Source: Balanoglossus misakiensis
Taxonomy: Eukaryota; Animalia; Hemichordata
NCBI GenBank assembly: GCA_040954595.2
Contig: CM082588.2
Location: 1,043,835 to 1,107,834, forward strand
Direction of reading: 5' to 3'
Length of the DNA stretch: 64,000 bases
Part shown: positions 61,201 to 64,000 of the stretch, in pieces
How the letters are laid out: each line of letters starts with the position of its first letter
How positions within the stretch are numbered: the stretch's first letter is position 1
The notes under the pieces: generated by a model
The model's database searches: none
What the model saw: only the letters and a program-made list of their open reading frames with translations
Told to the model about the DNA's origin: nothing
Translations under genes and position numbers: made by a program

Positions 61201-64000
61201 AAACCACCAAATTTTGAAATTTCGCGAAGTCGAAAAATTGACATTTCTGGATGATTTTCATGAGCTATAACCCATGGTTTTTGTCGAAAAACCACCAAAT
61301 TTTGAAATTTCGCGAAGTCGAAAAATTGACATTTCTGGATGATTTTCATGAGCTATAACCCATGGTTTTTGTCGAAAAACCACCAAATTTTGAAATTTCG
61401 CGAAGTCGAAAAATTGACATTTCTGGATGATTTTCATGAGCTATAACCCATGGTTTTTGTCGAAAAACCACCAAATTTTGAAATTTCGCGAAGTCGAAAA
61501 ATTGACATTTCTGGATGATTTTCATGAGCTATAACCCATGGTTTTTGTCGAAAAAGCACCAAATTTTGAAATTTCGCGAAGTCGAAAAATTGACATTTCT
61601 GGATGATTTTCATGAGCTATAACCCATGGTTTTTGTCGAAAAACCACCAAATTTTGAAATTTCGCGAAGTCGAAAAATTGACATTTCTGGATGATTTTCA
61701 TGAGCTATAACCCATGGTTTTTGTCGAAAAACCACCAAATTTTGAAATTTCGCGAAGTCGAAAAATTGACATTTCTGGATGATTTTCATGAGCTATAACC
61801 CATGGTTTTTGTCGAAAAACCACCAAATTTTGAAATTTCGCGAAGTCGAAAAATTGACATTTCTGGATGATTTTCATGAGCTATAACCCATGGTTTTTGT
61901 CGAAAAACCACCAAATTTTGAAATTTCGCGAAGTCGAAAAATTGACATTTCTGGATGATTTTCATGAGCTATAACCCATGGTTTTTGTCGAAAAACCACC
62001 AAATTTTGAAATTTCGCGAAGTCGAAAAATTGACATTTCTGGATGATTTTCATGAGCTATAACCCATGGTTTTTGTCGAAAAACCACCAAATTTTGAAAT
62101 TTCGCGAAGTCGAAAAATTGACATTTCTGGATGATTTTCATGAGCTATAACCCATGGTTTTTGTCGAAAAACCACCAAATTTTGAAATTTCGCGAAGTCG
62201 AAAAATTGACATTTCTGGATGATTTTCATGAGCTATAACCCATGGTTTTTGTCGAAAAAGCACCAAATTTTGAAATTTCGCGAAGTCGAAAAATTGACAT
62301 TTCTGGATGATTTTCATGAGCTATAACCCATGGTTTTTGTCGAAAAACCACCAAATTTTGAAATTTCGCGAAGTCGAAAAATTGACATTTCTGGATGATT
62401 TTCATGAGCTATAACCCATGGTTTTTGTCGAAAAACCACCAAATTTTGAAATTTCGCGAAGTCGAAAAATTGACATTTCTGGATGATTTTCATGAGCTAT
62501 AACCCATGGTTTTTGTCGAAAAACCACCAAATTTTGAAATTTCGCGAAGTCGAAAAATTGACATTTCTGGATGATTTTCATGAGCTATAACCCATGGTTT
62601 TTGTCGAAAAACCACCAAATTTTGAAATTTCGCGAAGTCGAAAAATTGACATTTCTGGATGATTTTCATGAGCTATAACCCATGGTTTTTGTCGAAAAAC
62701 CACCAAATTTTGAAATTTCGCGAAGTCGAAAAATTGACATTTCTGGATGATTTTCATGAGCTATAACCCATGGTTTTTGTCGAAAAAGCACCAAATTTTG
62801 AAATTTCGCGAAGTCGAAAAATTGACATTTCTGGATGATTTTCATGAGCTATAACCCATGGTTTTTGTCGAAAAACCACCAAATTTTGAAATTTCGCGAA
62901 GTCGAAAAATTGACATTTCTGGATGATTTTCATGAGCTATAACCCATGGTTTTTGTCGAAAAACCACCAAATTTTGAAATTTCGCGAAGTCGAAAAATTG
63001 ACATTTCTGGATGATTTTCATGAGCTATAACCCATGGTTTTTGTCGAAAAACCACCAAATTTTGAAATTTCGCGAAGTCGAAAAATTGACATTTCTGGAT
63101 GATTTTCATGAGCTATAACCCATGGTTTTTGTCGAAAAACCACCAAATTTTGAAATTTCGCGAAGTCGAAAAATTGACATTTCTGGATGATTTTCATGAG
63201 CTATAACCCATGGTTTTTGTCGAAAAACCACCAAATTTTGAAATTTCGCGAAGTCGAAAAATTGACATTTCTGGATGATTTTCATGAGCTATAACCCATG
63301 GTTTTTGTCGAAAAACCACCAAATTTTGAAATTTCGCGAAGTCGAAAAATTGACATTTCTGGATGATTTTCATGAGCTATAACCCATGGTTTTTGTCGAA
63401 AAACCACCAAATTTTGAAATTTCGCGAAGTCGAAAAATTGACATTTCTGGATGATTTTCATGAGCTATAACCCATGGTTTTTGTCGAAAAACCACCAAAT
63501 TTTGAAATTTCGCGAAGTCGAAAAATTGACATTTCTGGATGATTTTCATGAGCTATAACCCATGGTTTTTGTCGAAAAACCACCAAATTTTGAAATTTCG
63601 CGAAGTCGAAAAATTGACATTTCTGGATGATTTTCATGAGCTATAACCCATGGTTTTTGTCGAAAAACCACCAAATTTTGAAATTTCGCGAAGTCGAAAA
63701 ATTGACATTTCTGGATGATTTTCATGAGCTATAACCCATGGTTTTTGTCGAAAAACCACCAAATTTTGAAATTTCGCGAAGTCGAAAAATTGACATTTCT
63801 GGATGATTTTCATGAGCTATAACCCATGGTTTTTGTCGAAAAACCACCAAATTTTGAAATTTCGCGAAGTCGAAAAATTGACATTTCTGGATGATTTTCA
63901 TGAGCTATAACCCATGGTTTTTGTCGAAAAACCACCAAATTTTGAAATTTCGCGAAGTCGAAAAATTGACATTTCTGGATGATTTTCATGAGCTATAACC
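49213..64000 (+). repeat. 88-bp tandem satellite array (~168 near-identical copies, runs off the window)
   Basis: Monomer GAGCTATAACCCATGGTTTTTGTCGAAAAACCACCAAATTTTGAAATTTCGCGAA(G/C)TCGAAAAATTGACATTTCTGGATGATTTTCAT. The period is 88 (CATGAG at 49381, 49469, ... 50701 = 15 units). Confidence 0.98.

Noticed and set aside
49213-64000. CRISPR array interpretation of the long regular repeat
   Set aside because: Units are contiguous 88-mers with no unique spacers, there are no cas genes, and the context is a spliced eukaryotic genome.

Overview
AT-rich, intron-rich animal genomic DNA. Gene content and style suggest an invertebrate deuterostome such as a hemichordate; this is inference only. From left to right: (1) the 5' part of a minus-strand gene with a signal peptide, a C-type lectin domain and a Ser/Thr/Pro-rich stalk, running off the left edge; (2) a complete 11-exon PAAF1 (WD40 proteasome assembly chaperone); (3) a two-coding-exon NR0B (SHP/DAX1-type) nuclear receptor lacking a DNA-binding domain; (4) a complete 16-exon DDX10 DEAD-box helicase; (5) about 0.6 kb after the DDX10 stop, an 88-bp satellite array that fills the last ~15 kb and begins with a diverged block in the opposite orientation. 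The most striking observation is an intact same-strand ORF (75-108 aa) nested in the 8.1-kb NR0B intron. It has its own promoter-like region and encodes only Cys-rich LxxLL modules homologous to the NR0B/DAX1 N-terminal repeat, making it a candidate stand-alone nuclear-receptor-box microprotein. Nuclear receptor response-element-like motifs are frequent across the locus, including the single oversized introns of both flanking housekeeping genes. Exon coordinates were derived by hand from GT-AG signals and reading-frame continuity; no database searches were run.
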